Assembly (NCBI RefSeq): GCF_008831285.2
Contig: NC_045138.2
Coordinates: 4,712,001 to 4,776,000 of the forward strand
Reading direction: 5' to 3'
DNA length: 64,000 nt
DNA from: Nymphaea colorata
Taxonomy: Eukaryota
Shown: piece after piece, positions 48,542-64,000 of the stretch
Position numbering within the stretch: position 1 is the stretch's first letter
How the letters are laid out: every line of letters begins with the position of its first letter
Program-made: the position numbers and the translations under genes
Notes under the pieces: model-generated
Database searches by the model: none
What the model was told of the DNA's origin: nothing
Seen by the model: the letters and a program-made list of their open reading frames with translations, nothing else

Positions 48542-50457
48542 TCAATCTCTGCTGGATTTGCGTCTGCTGGGGCGTAGGAAAGACCAACATCCAGTTGATA
48601 GTCCATCTGAATACCTGCATTTGCTTAAAGGATCAGACAGAGCCCAAAATGCAATTTCATAATTCTATGTCAGGGTGAAGTTCGGATTCTCTCTCTCTCT
48701 CCACCCCACACGCTCTCTGTCCCACCCCAACACAACACCCCCAACCCACCCACCCACCCACCCAAAAAAACAGAAGTTTCATAAGAACAAGCAGGAACAA
48801 GCAAGAGACAGGTTTCTGTCAATGCAGGGCATCATTCAACTTCAGTAGAATGACAGTACATCTCCAAAACATGTGAAAGAAAAGATCTGAAATGGAGAAT
48901 GAAAGAAACAGTAAAACGAGAGAGAGAGAGAGAGAGAGCTAGAGACAAAGAGAGACAGAGAGGGAGCCGAAGAGATGGGTAATCGAGAGGGAGAGACAGA
49001 GGGAGAACACTGAAGTGGAACAAAAGAAGTCTCTGTCCAACGCTGGTCTACTTCTGACTTTTCTACCAAAGAGAACGATGATGGGTATCTGGAAAAGGAA
49101 AAGAAACAATGTCTTACCTAGAACTTCGAAATCCAGAAAAAGAAAAAATTTAAGAACTTCGATCCTTTATTCAAAATCAGAGAAATTTCTGGAACTGAAC
49201 GCCCAAATTTCCAAGGAATAAGGAGGAAAAAAAATAACACAAAAAGTTCATGAACCATCGAAAATCATTTATAACCCATCAAAAGATAGAAAGAGAAAAC
49301 AGGCAACCTCTAGCTTATAACAAAAAGATGAACAGAATAAAGAACCCCACAAAATTGATAACAAACCGAAACAGAAGGCACCTATCTTGCCTCATAAGGA
49401 AGGTTGAAGTCCTCGAAGCACTTCCCTCTTCTCCACAAAACCATAAAACTAATGAACACATAAATAGGAGTAATGACAGGGTGAAACATCTCCAAAGGAC
49501 AGGCAGTTTCTTTTGCCTTGAACTAAACAAACCGTCATAAGAACACAATTACTTAAATAAATACCACAGACATGGCAACCTCACAGAACCTGAAGTTGCA
49601 AAACAGGGGATAGAGAGAGAGATCATGACAAAATAATCAGAATTGTAGAACCACTTCCATCTAGAAAACAAGCCAATTGTTTATCAGAACATTCCAATCA
49701 ACCAAAAACTATTACAAGAACAAGCAAAGTAAGAAGGAACAAACAAACAACCAGAGAACGGCAACAATCAAGTACCTTGAACTTGAAGAAGAACTGCCGC
49801 CACTTCTGTTACTATTACTACTGCCGGAGCTGCTACTCCTACTATTTCTCCCAAAACCCACGACCATAAAACCCTTCCTCCACCACTCCCAATTGTCACC
49901 GCCGCTTCCGCCGCCACATTCCTTCCCCTCCACCATGAACAGAGGCCTCGGCGACACCCTCCCCGATCCAGCGGCCGGCTTTGAAGCCAGATAAGAGCTT
50001 GGCACGAACATCTTCAGCAAGAGACCTCCGTTGCCGTAGTTCTGTTCCCACCCACCACCGTTTCCCTTCTTTCTTTTCTTCTTCTTCTTTCTCAGACCTC
50101 TATTTTGACCTTCCTCCTCCTTTGGCTCCTCTTTCTCCTTGACTGAAACGCGTTCGACGAGATCCTTGAGGGAGAGCTCGTAGGCTGACTCCGGAACGTC
50201 CTTCAGCATCTCCATGAGCTCCCATCGCCCCCTTGCGATGGCCTGAGAGCGAGCGTTAGTGGGCAGAAGCGGATGAGAAGTGTTCGACCACAGTGGTGGG
50301 GAGGGGGGCTTGGTGGGTCGTCGTGCTGGTGGCAGGTGGGGGCGAGGAGGATGCCGGACGACGCCGAGCTCGAGGAGGGTCTGCTGTTCCCGTAGTGGCC
50401 AATTTTCGGCCCATGTTCCCGACGGATGTTGCCGGAATTCTGATGGAATTCCAGCAT
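48542..50457 (-). CDS. Plant-specific uncharacterised protein (SPPLW...AIARGR.ELMEM...PES.YELSL.DLVE family); exons 50457-49776 and 48614-48542, with an apparent 1-nt frameshift near 50303-50308
   Basis: SPPLWSNTSHPLLPTNARSQAIARGRWELMEMLKDVPESAYELSLKDLVE...GGLLLKMFVP...RVSPRP...EWW. Donor caag|gtact and acceptor atgcag| give the C-terminus RYSDGLSTGCWSFLRPSRRKSSRD*. The only suitable upstream ATG (50457) is in another frame. Confidence 0.8.
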
Positions 50458-50470
50458 GATGATCGTCTGT

Positions 50471-50515
<45 letters not shown>

Positions 50516-50787
50516 GTCTGATTACGTGGGGAGTTCGGAAATAAATACGGAGGGTGAAAGGGGAGTGGAGGAGAAGAATTTTGGACGATGGTGACGACAG
50601 ATGTAGAGGACGAGGGGAGCACGTCATCCCCACCTTTGATTCACAGCGGCAGTTTTTCCGTTTCTGCGGTGGAAATTGAAGTCGCTTCTCCACTTACGCT
50701 CTCTCTCCCTCTCCCTCGATTTCTTCGCCTCTTTCCATTAACGCAAAAGAAATTTTACTGGCCATGAATTTACCAAAACCAGATTCA

Positions 50788-50976
50788 TTTGAATTTGATA
50801 ATGATCCTAACTCGATCTTACTCAAAGCAGACAATTCAAATTCGAGAATAAAGTTAGAATTCATTAATGAAATCGATTGAGTTTGAATTTGATAATGATC
50901 CGAAGTTGATCTAACCTTCGCTTTACTCAAAGCAGACAACTCAAATTCGAGAATAAAATTAGAATTCATTAATGAA
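50788..50976 (+). repeat. Two-copy tandem repeat (about 95-bp unit) upstream of the 48542-50457 gene
   Basis: tttgaatttgataatgatcc...ttactcaaagcagacaa(t/c)tcaaattcgagaataaa(g/a)ttagaattcattaatgaa occurs twice. Confidence 0.85.
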
Positions 50977-51777
50977 CCATGTTGAGTTTGATATTGCAGT
51001 TTCACATATTTTGTTCAAAACCGTGTAAAATTTGTTCAAAACCGAGTAAAATTTGTGGCTTGAGTATAAACAGCATTTCATTTTACCATCCAACAAAGAT
51101 TCTACCATCCAACAAAAGAGTTGAAGTTCTCACTCTTTTTCTAAAATTAAGACTCGGATGGTTTAACTTGCATATTGGTATTGGTACTTCTTCTTACCGG
51201 TAAAATTTAAGTTTTACTTTTGACATAAGTGTCAAACTTAAAATTTTCTAAAAAAGTAAACTCAGTAAGTTTTACTTTTGATGTAAGTGTTCCACTTAAA
51301 ATTTTCAAAGTCGAAGACTTCGGCTCCCAGTTTTGGCTTAAGCCATTGGGATTTGTTTTCCAAAATTTGACTTCCAACTGTTCACAACCTTGAAGTTGAA
51401 GACTAAGAGCGTGTTTGAAACGCAGGATAACCTTTACTCCGTGAAAAAGTCACACAAATGCGTACACAAACATCAACTTTTTAAAACATTTTTTTGTCAT
51501 ACTCTTTCAAATTTTGTCTTGCTAATTGGAAGAAGAGATTGTCAAGGAGAGCACTGACTTTCCGTCCAAGATATTGAGGTACAGGTGCAACTTGTTTATA
51601 TCATGCTAGTAAAATCCATGTTTGCAAACACGCAGTGAAGAATGAAGCTCTTACTTTTTGAGCCCATTGCTGGTTATAGCCAGAAATGAGAAAAATACAT
51701 GATAACCTAGAAGAGACAAAAGTGAAATTTCAAAACATCGCTTTTTTTTGTAAAAAACGTGTTCCCGTGGTAGCCAC

Positions 51778-52033
51778 TATAGTCAAATAAAACGTCAAGT
51801 AAAACGCATTTTCTTCAAAAAAACGTTAAAAAACGAGATAAATTACATTGCAGTTTAAAACTAAAAAAAACATGTTTTTTAAAACGTTAAAACATGAATT
51901 TTATTTTTTTTTTCATTTTTTCTGTTTTTTTAATGCCAACAGTTTTTTTTTTCATTTTTTATTTGTTGCAAATCTATATTATACCCGAGATAAAAGTTGT
52001 TTTTTAAACTCAAAAACATTATTTGAGACTATG
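51778..52033. mobile_element. hAT-type MITE
   Basis: Perfect 8-bp TSD gtagccac (51770-51777 and 52034-52041); imperfect TIR tatagtcaaataa...ttatttgagactatg. Confidence 0.8.
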
Positions 52034-53324
52034 GTAGCCACCTAACACCATAGCCGGTTCTTATTATAAGTTGAATTGTCACTTTACTAGTACTCGCTTT
52101 ACTATACACCGGGTTGCGTGTTCGGGCCGGACACAGGGCCTCATGTTCTACGGCATGAGAGGTAAATTAGATATTTTGGTTTTTCAAAAAATATTTTGAT
52201 TATTTTTTTGAAACAAGTAAATTCTAGCTTTCCTAGCTAAATTCGATAATTTCTTTAGGGAAAATGCTTGAAAAAGAAGAGACCGTGCTTGGTAACGGGA
52301 ACATGAAAAGCAAGGAGGTTTTCCTTGCTATGTGGCTAACATAAGAAGACATGTTTCTACCTTTTATTAGAGGGCATTTTAGTAATTTTATGAGACAATT
52401 TAGGAGGTTTTCCTGTTTTTTTTTTCACTTCAAAAGAATTTTGAAGCAATTTTTCTGCATATAGAAATTACTATGAGCTTCATTACAAAAACTTAATCAG
52501 CAGAATGAAAAGTGGAAGCTGATAGTGGTAAGCAATGTTTTTTTGCTAAAAATCATAAGCACAAGATTTGATGTGCTTACAGATTTTTCAGTGAAAAATA
52601 TATTTTTTTTTTATATAATTACAAAATTGCATTATTATATGCACATTAACATTGTCTTTTATTTAATATATTGTTCAAGACTAAAAATAAGCAAATGTAA
52701 AACCAGATGGATAAATTGAAATCAACAGGCTGCCGAATATTACCAGATGGTTAAGTTTTTAAATTCTGATGCTAAAAATCTTCAGATGCTGAACATTAGC
52801 AGTCGTTTAATATGCTGCAGAGGTTTGTGATGTTTTTAGTGACAGTTTCGTGGTGTTTTTAGTGACGGATGTTAAATATTTAGCCATTTGGTAACTGGCT
52901 TATTTCAATTTACTCATACATATATATATGAGTAATTGGTTAATACCAGACTATTAACATAAGAGACAAAACCCAGACCGTTTAATTTTGTGTTAAAAAA
53001 TATTATAAACAAAACGTGAACATCCTAACCTGTTCACAAGCAGAAATTCAATGTAAATTATGTTTTAATTTAAGTTGCTTTTGTAAAAAAAAAAGATTGA
53101 TTTTTTCTACTATCAAAGTTTGCTTGCTATAAAAGCCGTTCACATTTTTTATTATTAAAAAGTTAAAACTAAAGTCAAAACATGACTACCTTAATACATA
53201 TTCATCATCAAATCACTTTTATAACAATATCCATAAGGTTAGAATATCGCATAAACAAACACTTAAATAATGATTTTTTATTAAATCAGGTTTCTGTCTC
53301 TTGCTTAAATGGACTGATATTTAC

Positions 53325-53388
<64 letters not shown>

Positions 53389-53899
53389 CTACAAAAGAAA
53401 GATTCTTTGTATTGGCTTCTATAAGATAACAAAATCCATAGCAGTTTCACGTAGATATTCTAGAAGGACGACAAACGAAGAAGATGGATAGATTGAAAAA
53501 CTTTGTCAGTGTACAAATTGTACACGCGGTTTACATTGTCCCGAAGAAAATGAAAAATTTATGACATCAACAAAATGTAAACCTAGAGATAATTTATCGA
53601 GAAGGAAGATATCCCAAATAATTGATCCAGCAAAGTATCTTTGTCTCTATCATGCCATGGAAAGTTGCTTCCAAGGCTTTCCTTCCTTGGCTTTGCCGCT
53701 GCAGCAAAAGCTTTTTCACGTGAGATGTGCGTTTAAATTTTCCAAGTAACTTAAAGCATTTAAATTGGAAGACGTCTAGAGTTCAATACTTGGAATATTT
53801 AGGACTGCAAGACAAGCTGAGTCAAGCTCGATTTGGGACAACTCGAGCTCGACTCGACTCAAAAAGCTCGAGTTCAAGTTCGGCTCGAGCCCACTTAGC

Positions 53900-56985
<3,086 letters not shown>

Positions 56986-57102
56986 ACACATATGTCAAAA
57001 TTAAAAAGTAATGAAGTTTGTATATGTAAATAAATGTAAATTTTGTGAGCTGGTATGGGCAGTTATGTGACTTTGCAACTGGTCATTGGGGTTTAGCATA
57101 GT

Positions 57103-57265
57103 GAGGGCCGGAGCTAGAAATTTTTTATGAGGGAGCTGAATTAAAATTTCTAAATTTTGACTAAGGCTGAAATATCATTTTTTAAAATTTTTATATACAA
57201 CAAGTGAAATTTTTTAAAATTTACATAAAAAAAAAATGCGGGGCGCTACCTTGGCTCCACCCCTG
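57103..57265. mobile_element. Short hAT-type MITE
   Basis: Ends gagggccggagc...gctccacccctg; 8-bp TSD agcatagt/agcatagc. Confidence 0.75.
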
Positions 57266-57704
57266 AGCATAGCTGATGGAGCAGCGCTTGGTTAACAGCC
57301 TAGTATTGGTTGGACTCCCATATACGTTTATTTGTATTAATTAAAACAGCTCTGAACCCCGAAAGCAAAGATTGGAGAAATGAGAGATTCTCACCTCAAA
57401 GATTTCTCTGTAAGGGAGTTGGCACAATAAATAGAGATCTTCTACTGTTTGATGGGCAGTCACAATTTGAACTCTAATGAGCTATGGTCCTTTCACACAA
57501 ACCATAACATGTATTAATATTTCGTCCTGGGTACTAGTCTCGGAGTTTTATGTAATCCAGTACGCTTTCTTGTAATAAAAAAATGAATCCCAAAATCTGA
57601 ATTTTTTGCTAATTATAATTATCGACCCCTTAGCTTACACATGCAAGGTGTGACTTGTTCTAAATTGATTTAGTTGTCATTTTCTCGACCACAAACATGA
57701 TATC

Positions 57705-57861
57705 CGGGGGCGGAGCCACAAATTTTCCATGATGGGGTCAAAATATCATTTTTCAAAATTTATATATAAAACAAGCCAAATTTTTTAAAATTTTCATGTA
57801 ATTTTTTTTTTAAAATAAGGTGGCGTGGGGCCCATGCAGGCCCTACCTTGACTCCACCCTT
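57705..57861. mobile_element. Short hAT-type MITE (same family as 57103)
   Basis: Ends gggggcggagc...actccaccct; TSD atgatatc/atggtatc; shared aaatatcatttt..aaaattt core. Confidence 0.7.
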
Positions 57862-60800
57862 ATGGTATCCAGATTCATTCTGGTGACTCAGAAAAATTGG
57901 GGAAGAAGACAAAAGATACTGATGGTGCTGCTTAACAATGAAAGAGACGGGAAAAAACAAAGTTTCTTTGTTGATGGAGACTTTGAATGAGGGAGACAAC
58001 CTCACTACGTGAACCCACAAGAAGGGAATCAAGTCGGTAGAAATTGTCAAACGCTGGGACCAACATGGACAGGAAGCATGAAGAACTTAAGTTTTTGGAT
58101 TTAATGGGTGGGCCAGGGTTCACAATAAGAAGGTTGTGCACGGGGATGCTTGCGCATATTTATCTGTCATTAAAAGTCGGTACACCTAGCCAGTCGTTTT
58201 CACGTGCAGTTCATGTTTTGGGTCTAGGGTTTAGGGTTTAAGGTCTTTTAAATCGAGTCATCGATATACATTTATGCTATGTTTGATACAGTTGTGGAGC
58301 CATAAAATTTTGACTGAGGGGCACTAACCGATCACTCGCTTAAAAGAATGAGTGATTGCAGGGTACTGACTCAGGTCTATTGTGGGCAACACATGCAACT
58401 GGACCTACCTGAACCTACATCTAGCTTAATCACACTATAAGATTTCACGGGCCATGTCAATCACATAGTAACTCCGCTAGTGGTTTGATAGCCTCCAATC
58501 TCAAACTTAAGTTAATTTCTAATGCATGATAAGTGAAATAGGCAGCTAATTAAGCAAGCAATGGATCTTACAGTACCATGGATCTTAGATCTTCATTAAC
58601 TTATGAAAGCCACTGTACAAGGCTATCAAACATGAGAGTTTGGATCACATATCTGTACTTTAAACTTGAAAGATACCTGTGGATCTTCAGGTATACTCAG
58701 ACGTGACCTCAGATCCAAGGCTATCAAACATAGCCTAGAAGTTGGACTGAAATTAAATTCAATACGACAACAAAAGACTGATAAATTAATACGAGATTCA
58801 ATCCATTCGAACTCTACTTTTAGGACGTGTTTGATGGGGAAAAGAACATGCATGAGACAAACATGTCACATTTGTTTATTGTCTCTCTAACAAGTTGTAA
58901 GTGAAAGTGGATGGAGAATTCTGGTGCCTATGACTCTAGTCTTTTCTTTCCACTATATGGGGAAGAATGCACCTAAGAGCCACCTTAATGCAGGGCCATT
59001 TGACTCACCATGCAAGACTATATTCATAGACATGTCTGAACTTGTAATTCAATTCCCAATGGAGATTAGATTGCCCAAGAGATTAATCCTGAGATCCCAA
59101 TTGAACAAGGGATCCGACATAAATCTACGCATGGTTCTAACGAACCATGGATCTTAAGAGTTTATTTCACAAATGAAACAACATGTAATTGTTGACCCAA
59201 AAATTAACGCAGATTCATGAAACATAAAAAGTGTTCTATAGACCTACCTCAACCTTTGGAGTAGACTTATGAAACAATTATAAAGTACTTCATTTGCCAA
59301 ACAGACCATAAGTTTACTATTATGCCTTAAATTTACATATCTTAAGTCAGAGCGGTGGGGGTCTAACTTGAGATCCGTGCATTTTAAGAAACAAAATTTA
59401 CAAATCTACAGTGTAATTTTGAGTATTAACATTTTTAATCATTATTAGAAATCAAAGATCCAAATTAATTTAGTTTTTGAATCTGAATTCTAAAAATCTT
59501 GAATAAGCTTGCTCTAACAACCGAAGTAGTTTTTTTTTTTTTAAAAAAAAAGCACTCCAAGTGAATCCGACTTTGGCAAACACGAGACGATTTGCTATTT
59601 ACATAGCACCAACTTCGGTCTAGTGTGGGCACCGCATGTGGCTGGAACCGGATAGACTTTAATATGTGACCTTCAGTATCATAACTATTGAAGAAAGCCC
59701 AATTTCAGTTTCAACCTCAAGACTGATTAATATTTTGAGGCATGCTTTCTTTTAATGGATCTTAATAAGTAGGTCTAGTTTCAGAGCTCCATACTTTATC
59801 TGATCCATCTTGGAGGGGTGGGAAACAAATGATAGAAAGGTCTCGGGACACTCTGTCTTCGACATTTTTCAACCATGCTTCCAATACGCTCTTAGAAGTT
59901 GCTTGAATTATATGGTCATCAAGTATGGATAGAATACCCAACCTGCCCACAGTGCCCAATTCAGGCTTGATCCAACGACCCAAATTATACGCGGGTCCGG
60001 ACCTTTTAGGATCATACCAGATTCAATTGGTCGGGTCGCAAAGATCCAATCATTCCATGTTTCGGACTCCCAACTTGCGTAGTGCTTGATTCTGGTTTAG
60101 ATTGGCCCAAATTATGCTTGTCCGGGTCACGATTCTTTTGGATCATAATATCTACTATTCGGTTAAAGATCTGAATGTCATGGATGACTCCCCGTGAGCC
60201 TTACAAGAATAGTTATGCTCACCTCTTGGAATACCGATTTTACTTGCAGCCTTTAGTTGTGCAAGGACTGACGCTCGTGAGAATCGAACCACGACCGGCC
60301 AAAACAAACTTACAAACTTTTATAGGACTTGTGGCAATGGAAACAATAACAAACTGTTCATGAATTTGCCTAATTTTGAGCGCGTACTATAATATATACA
60401 TAATATACGGCACCCTTCAATTAAAAAAAATAAAAAATCATTCAATATTTTGAAAATATTATATTTCAGTTTTTTTTTTTTAATTTTGAAACTATAAGTT
60501 AGTACCTTCATGAAAAATTATTCACTCCACCCCTACATTTCAGCAACTATCTACACAAGCATACAACTTAATCTGGGATCAACACTAACCATGTTTACTT
60601 AAGAAATTATATGAAAATAATCTAGAGTACTTTCCAATTGAGCTTGCCAATGAGGTTTCTTAAGCTTAGTTGAGCTTGCAAGTGGTTTCTTTCTTGACCC
60701 ATTTATTAAACAAGTTTAATAAGTAATCTCGGCTCGGATTCAAATTTAATTCAAATATACGGAGTCTGATTAGGTCGAATTTGGTTAAAGTTAGATCCAA

Positions 60801-61270
60801 CTCCAGTTGGTAACGTTTGCATCTGGATTCTCTACCAACTCAGGAAAATTCAGCCTTATAGTTTAAAATTTTCCAAATAGAGGAAATGTTTTTACTAACA
60901 ATTGCCAAATCGGCGTCTAAGTTTTGCAATTACTCCCTGCTTTAAGCTAAGCAGGGCAGCCAACTAATACGAGTGATGAGAACTGATAGACAGGAAGCTT
61001 CGTAGTTCAAAGGCACACTGAAACTCCATTGAGAAGGACTGTACAACATCGGTAATCTAAAGCTGTTGATGTTGCAATGCTCGAAAATCCATCCACAGCC
61101 CACAGTGAAGAAGATATCTGTTCCAGAACATGTTTGATTATTTGGGAGGGCGTTCAATGAAGACCAAGCAAGCATTTCCAGCCTCAATGAAGTAAATGGG
61201 AATCTTCCGCTGTTGAGAAGATCCTGAATTGAGGAATGTTGGGACATCACGGTCTGAGGAGGGATTGTGA

Positions 61271-63400
61271 ATGGACTTGCAGGAGTGCTCACGTTTGTTA
61301 AGGTCATGCACAAACCCACAATGCCTTTCACTAGGAAGACGGCTCCATCTGTACTGCGTGAAGGTAGGCCTGGAGTCGACGTTGTTTATAGCTAATTGCC
61401 TCCTTCAGATGTACGTGAAGTGTGGCAGACTCGGCGACGCGCATCAGGTGTTTGTTGAAACGACTGAAAGAAACACCTTCACCTGGAATAGCTTGATTGA
61501 AGGTTATGCTAATTCGGGCAAGGCAAGAACTTCATTGGAGCTGTTCACGTCTATGCCGTGCAAAAACGAGTTTTCGTGGAATGTGGTCATTGCAGCTTAT
61601 GCAAAGATGGGGGATCTTGAGGTTGCCCAACAACTCTTCGATGAGATGCCAGCTAAGAACACGTTCGCTTGGAATTCGATGGTTCACGGTTGCGTTTTAT
61701 ATGGCAGAATTGGAGAGGCGAGGATATATTTTGATGCAATGCCACGCCGAGATGTGGCGTCGTGGAACAAGATGATGACTGGATATGTCCACCAGGGACA
61801 ACCTTGGGAAGCACTGAGACTGTTTGACCAAATGAAGTTGCATCAGTTGGCGATCGATGGTTTCATCTTAGCTACGATGGCCTGTGCCTGTGCCGATGTG
61901 GAGAAGCTTGATGCAGGCAAACAGCTACACGCTTACATTGTCACGGGTGGGTTCACGATTGACAGTGTTTTGGGTAGTTCCATGATCAATATGTATAGTA
62001 AATGTGGAGACACCGATAGCGCGTTTCTTATTTTTGATGCCATGATTGACCAGGATGAGGTCTGCTTATCGGCTATAATAACAGGCCTTGCAAATTGTGG
62101 GAGGTTAGAAGATGCATGTCGAATTTTTGCTAGTCAAAGCAGAAGAAATGTGGGTTCTTGGAATTCAATTATTTCTGGATATGCAACCAATCGCCAGGGA
62201 AAAGAGGCTATTGAGTTATTGAACGAGATGAGGAGAACCGGGATTCAAGCAGAAGCAACAACCATAACTGCTGCTTTGACAGCATGCATGAACCTTGCAA
62301 CAACTGTCACAAACATCGGTAAGCAACTGCACGATCTTGCTCATAAAGTTGGATTTCTTCATGATGTTGCCCTTTGTAGCACACTGATTGACTTGTATGC
62401 AAAGAATGGATACCTTGAAGGTGCATGCAAGCTCTTTGATGAGCTTGAAGTGCGTGATACCATTCTGCTGAACACCATGGTTACTGCATATTCCAACCAT
62501 GGTAAAGTAGAACAAGCGAGGCAAGTGTTTGAATCTATTCCTTGTCGTAGTTTGATTTCATGGAATTCAATGATTGTGGGATACAGCAAAAACGGTTTTG
62601 TAATAGAAGCACTGGAACTGTTCCATGAAATGCAGATGCTAAACCTGAGGTTGGACGAAGTTGGTTATGCTAGCATGATCAGCTTGTGTGCTGATATGTC
62701 TTCTCTCACGCTGGGTGAGCAACTTTTCGCTCATGTTGTTCTTGCTGGACTTATTCACGATCCGGCTGTTGGCAGTGCACTTATTCATTTATATTGTAAA
62801 TGTGGTCTTATCATAGATTCACGGAGACTATTTGATTCAGTACCTAAGTGTAGTGATGTTATATGGAACTCAATGCTGATGGGTTATGCACATAATGGCT
62901 ATGGAGAGGAAGCTCTTCAAGTTTTTGAAGATATGAAGAGAGTTGGAGTCAGACCAGGCTCCATTACCTTCATTGCCGTGTTATCGGCCTGCAGTCACCG
63001 AGGGCTGGTTGAGGAGGGGCGGCAACTATTTCATGCCATGAAACATGATTATGGTATCTTACCAATGGTTGAACACTGTTCTTGTATGATTGATCTCTTG
63101 GCACGGGCAGGCTGCATTCAAGAGGCTGTAGATTTTATTAACAATATGATGTTTCCAGCTGATGCTAGCATGTGGACATCAATACTAAGTGCAAGCAGAG
63201 CTTATGGAGAGGAATCTCTTGGAAGAAAAGCAGCAAATCAGCTTCTGCAACTTGATTCTGCAAACTCTGCTGCATTTGTGCAGCTTTCTAACATTTATGC
63301 TACTTGTGGGGAGTGGGCTAAAGCGGCACAAGTAAGGAAGTTGATGCAGCAGAAAGGAGTGACGAAAATGAACCCTGGCTACAGCTGGATTGATGCATAA
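61271..63400 (+). CDS. PLS-class PPR protein, E subgroup without DYW (resembles At1g77010-type), intronless, 709 aa
   Basis: ATG-to-TAA ORF of P/L/S motifs (FTWNSLIEGY, FSWNVVIAAY, ISWNSMIVGY, ITFIAVLSACSH, PMVEHCSCMIDLLARAG) ending in E domain and PG box NPGYSWIDA. Confidence 0.96.
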   Translation: MDLQECSRLLRSCTNPQCLSLGRRLHLYCVKVGLESTLFIANCLLQMYVKCGRLGDAHQVFVETTERNTFTWNSLIEGYANSGKARTSLELFTSMPCKNEFSWNVVIAAYAKMGDLEVAQQLFDEMPAKNTFAWNSMVHGCVLYGRIGEARIYFDAMPRRDVASWNKMMTGYVHQGQPWEALRLFDQMKLHQLAIDGFILATMACACADVEKLDAGKQLHAYIVTGGFTIDSVLGSSMINMYSKCGDTDSAFLIFDAMIDQDEVCLSAIITGLANCGRLEDACRIFASQSRRNVGSWNSIISGYATNRQGKEAIELLNEMRRTGIQAEATTITAALTACMNLATTVTNIGKQLHDLAHKVGFLHDVALCSTLIDLYAKNGYLEGACKLFDELEVRDTILLNTMVTAYSNHGKVEQARQVFESIPCRSLISWNSMIVGYSKNGFVIEALELFHEMQMLNLRLDEVGYASMISLCADMSSLTLGEQLFAHVVLAGLIHDPAVGSALIHLYCKCGLIIDSRRLFDSVPKCSDVIWNSMLMGYAHNGYGEEALQVFEDMKRVGVRPGSITFIAVLSACSHRGLVEEGRQLFHAMKHDYGILPMVEHCSCMIDLLARAGCIQEAVDFINNMMFPADASMWTSILSASRAYGEESLGRKAANQLLQLDSANSAAFVQLSNIYATCGEWAKAAQVRKLMQQKGVTKMNPGYSWIDA

Positions 63401-63495
63401 GTGACGGGAATTGTATTGACACGTAGATGACAGGAATTACATCGTCTATGCATGTTCTTAGAAAAGCTTGCATGATATGCGGATCATATCTGTAA

Positions 63496-63913
63496 CACTG
63501 TCACAAATATTTCCTTTTTCCTTAAAAATATGTTAAAATAAAGGAAAATGAGAAAACCATGAAAAAATGAGAATATTTTGAAAAAAGGCAAAAAAGGAAA
63601 ATATTGTGTTTATACTTTATATTGCTCTTTTACATTTTTCATGTTTTTTCAAAGAAAAATGTTTTTAAATATAATTTAATTTTTTTGAGGTTTCTTTTAA
63701 CATTCTAAGTTTCTAAAAATTATTTTAAAAATTTTATCAATGTTTTTGTAAGAGAGCTAGTAGAAAACTTGAATTTTCATAATTTTTTATACTATGCTTT
63801 CATTTTTTAATTTTTTGAAATATTTACATTATCCTGAGGAAAAACAAACTTTTCAATTAGTACCTGAGGAAGGCCTCGCCTATAAAACCTGAGAAGGACT
63901 TTTTGTGACAATG
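63496..63913. mobile_element. AT-rich hAT-type MITE just downstream of the PPR stop codon
   Basis: TIR cactgtcacaaa...tttgtgacaatg (11/12 match); degenerate 8-bp TSD atctgtaa/atatgtac. Confidence 0.6.
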
Positions 63914-64000
63914 ATATGTACTACTAGTCTAGTTGGCATATGAAAGAGAAGCCAATCTCAACTCCATTGTGCTTAGATTGTAATTGGATATCAACCATAT

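Overview
AT-rich, repeat-dense plant (angiosperm) nuclear DNA. Host genes: an intronless CC-NB-ARC-LRR resistance gene (320-3817, -), two PLS/E-class PPR genes (37519-39812, -; 61271-63400, +) and a two-exon plant-specific gene with an apparent homopolymer frameshift (48542-50457, -). About 4.8-16.6 kb and 32.7-38.9 kb are two diverged copies of one segment; the first carries a broken PPR copy and NLR relics. The most unusual object is a 6,347-bp PIF/Harbinger DNA transposon (26230-32576; perfect 25-bp TIRs, TAA target duplication). Besides the usual Myb/SANT and now-disabled DDE transposase genes, it carries a third co-oriented ORF encoding an isolated RNase H1 hybrid-binding/Cauli_VI-type domain with a hydrophobic tail. 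Splice signals appear to link all three ORFs into one polycistronic transcript, with a TGA/ATG overlap before the third. A related non-autonomous 'Pack-Harbinger' (18284-21425) carries captured MSL1-like and DA1-like gene fragments. The rest is L1 and LTR remnants, hAT-type MITEs, inverted repeats and microsatellites. All family assignments were made by eye from motifs; no searches were run.
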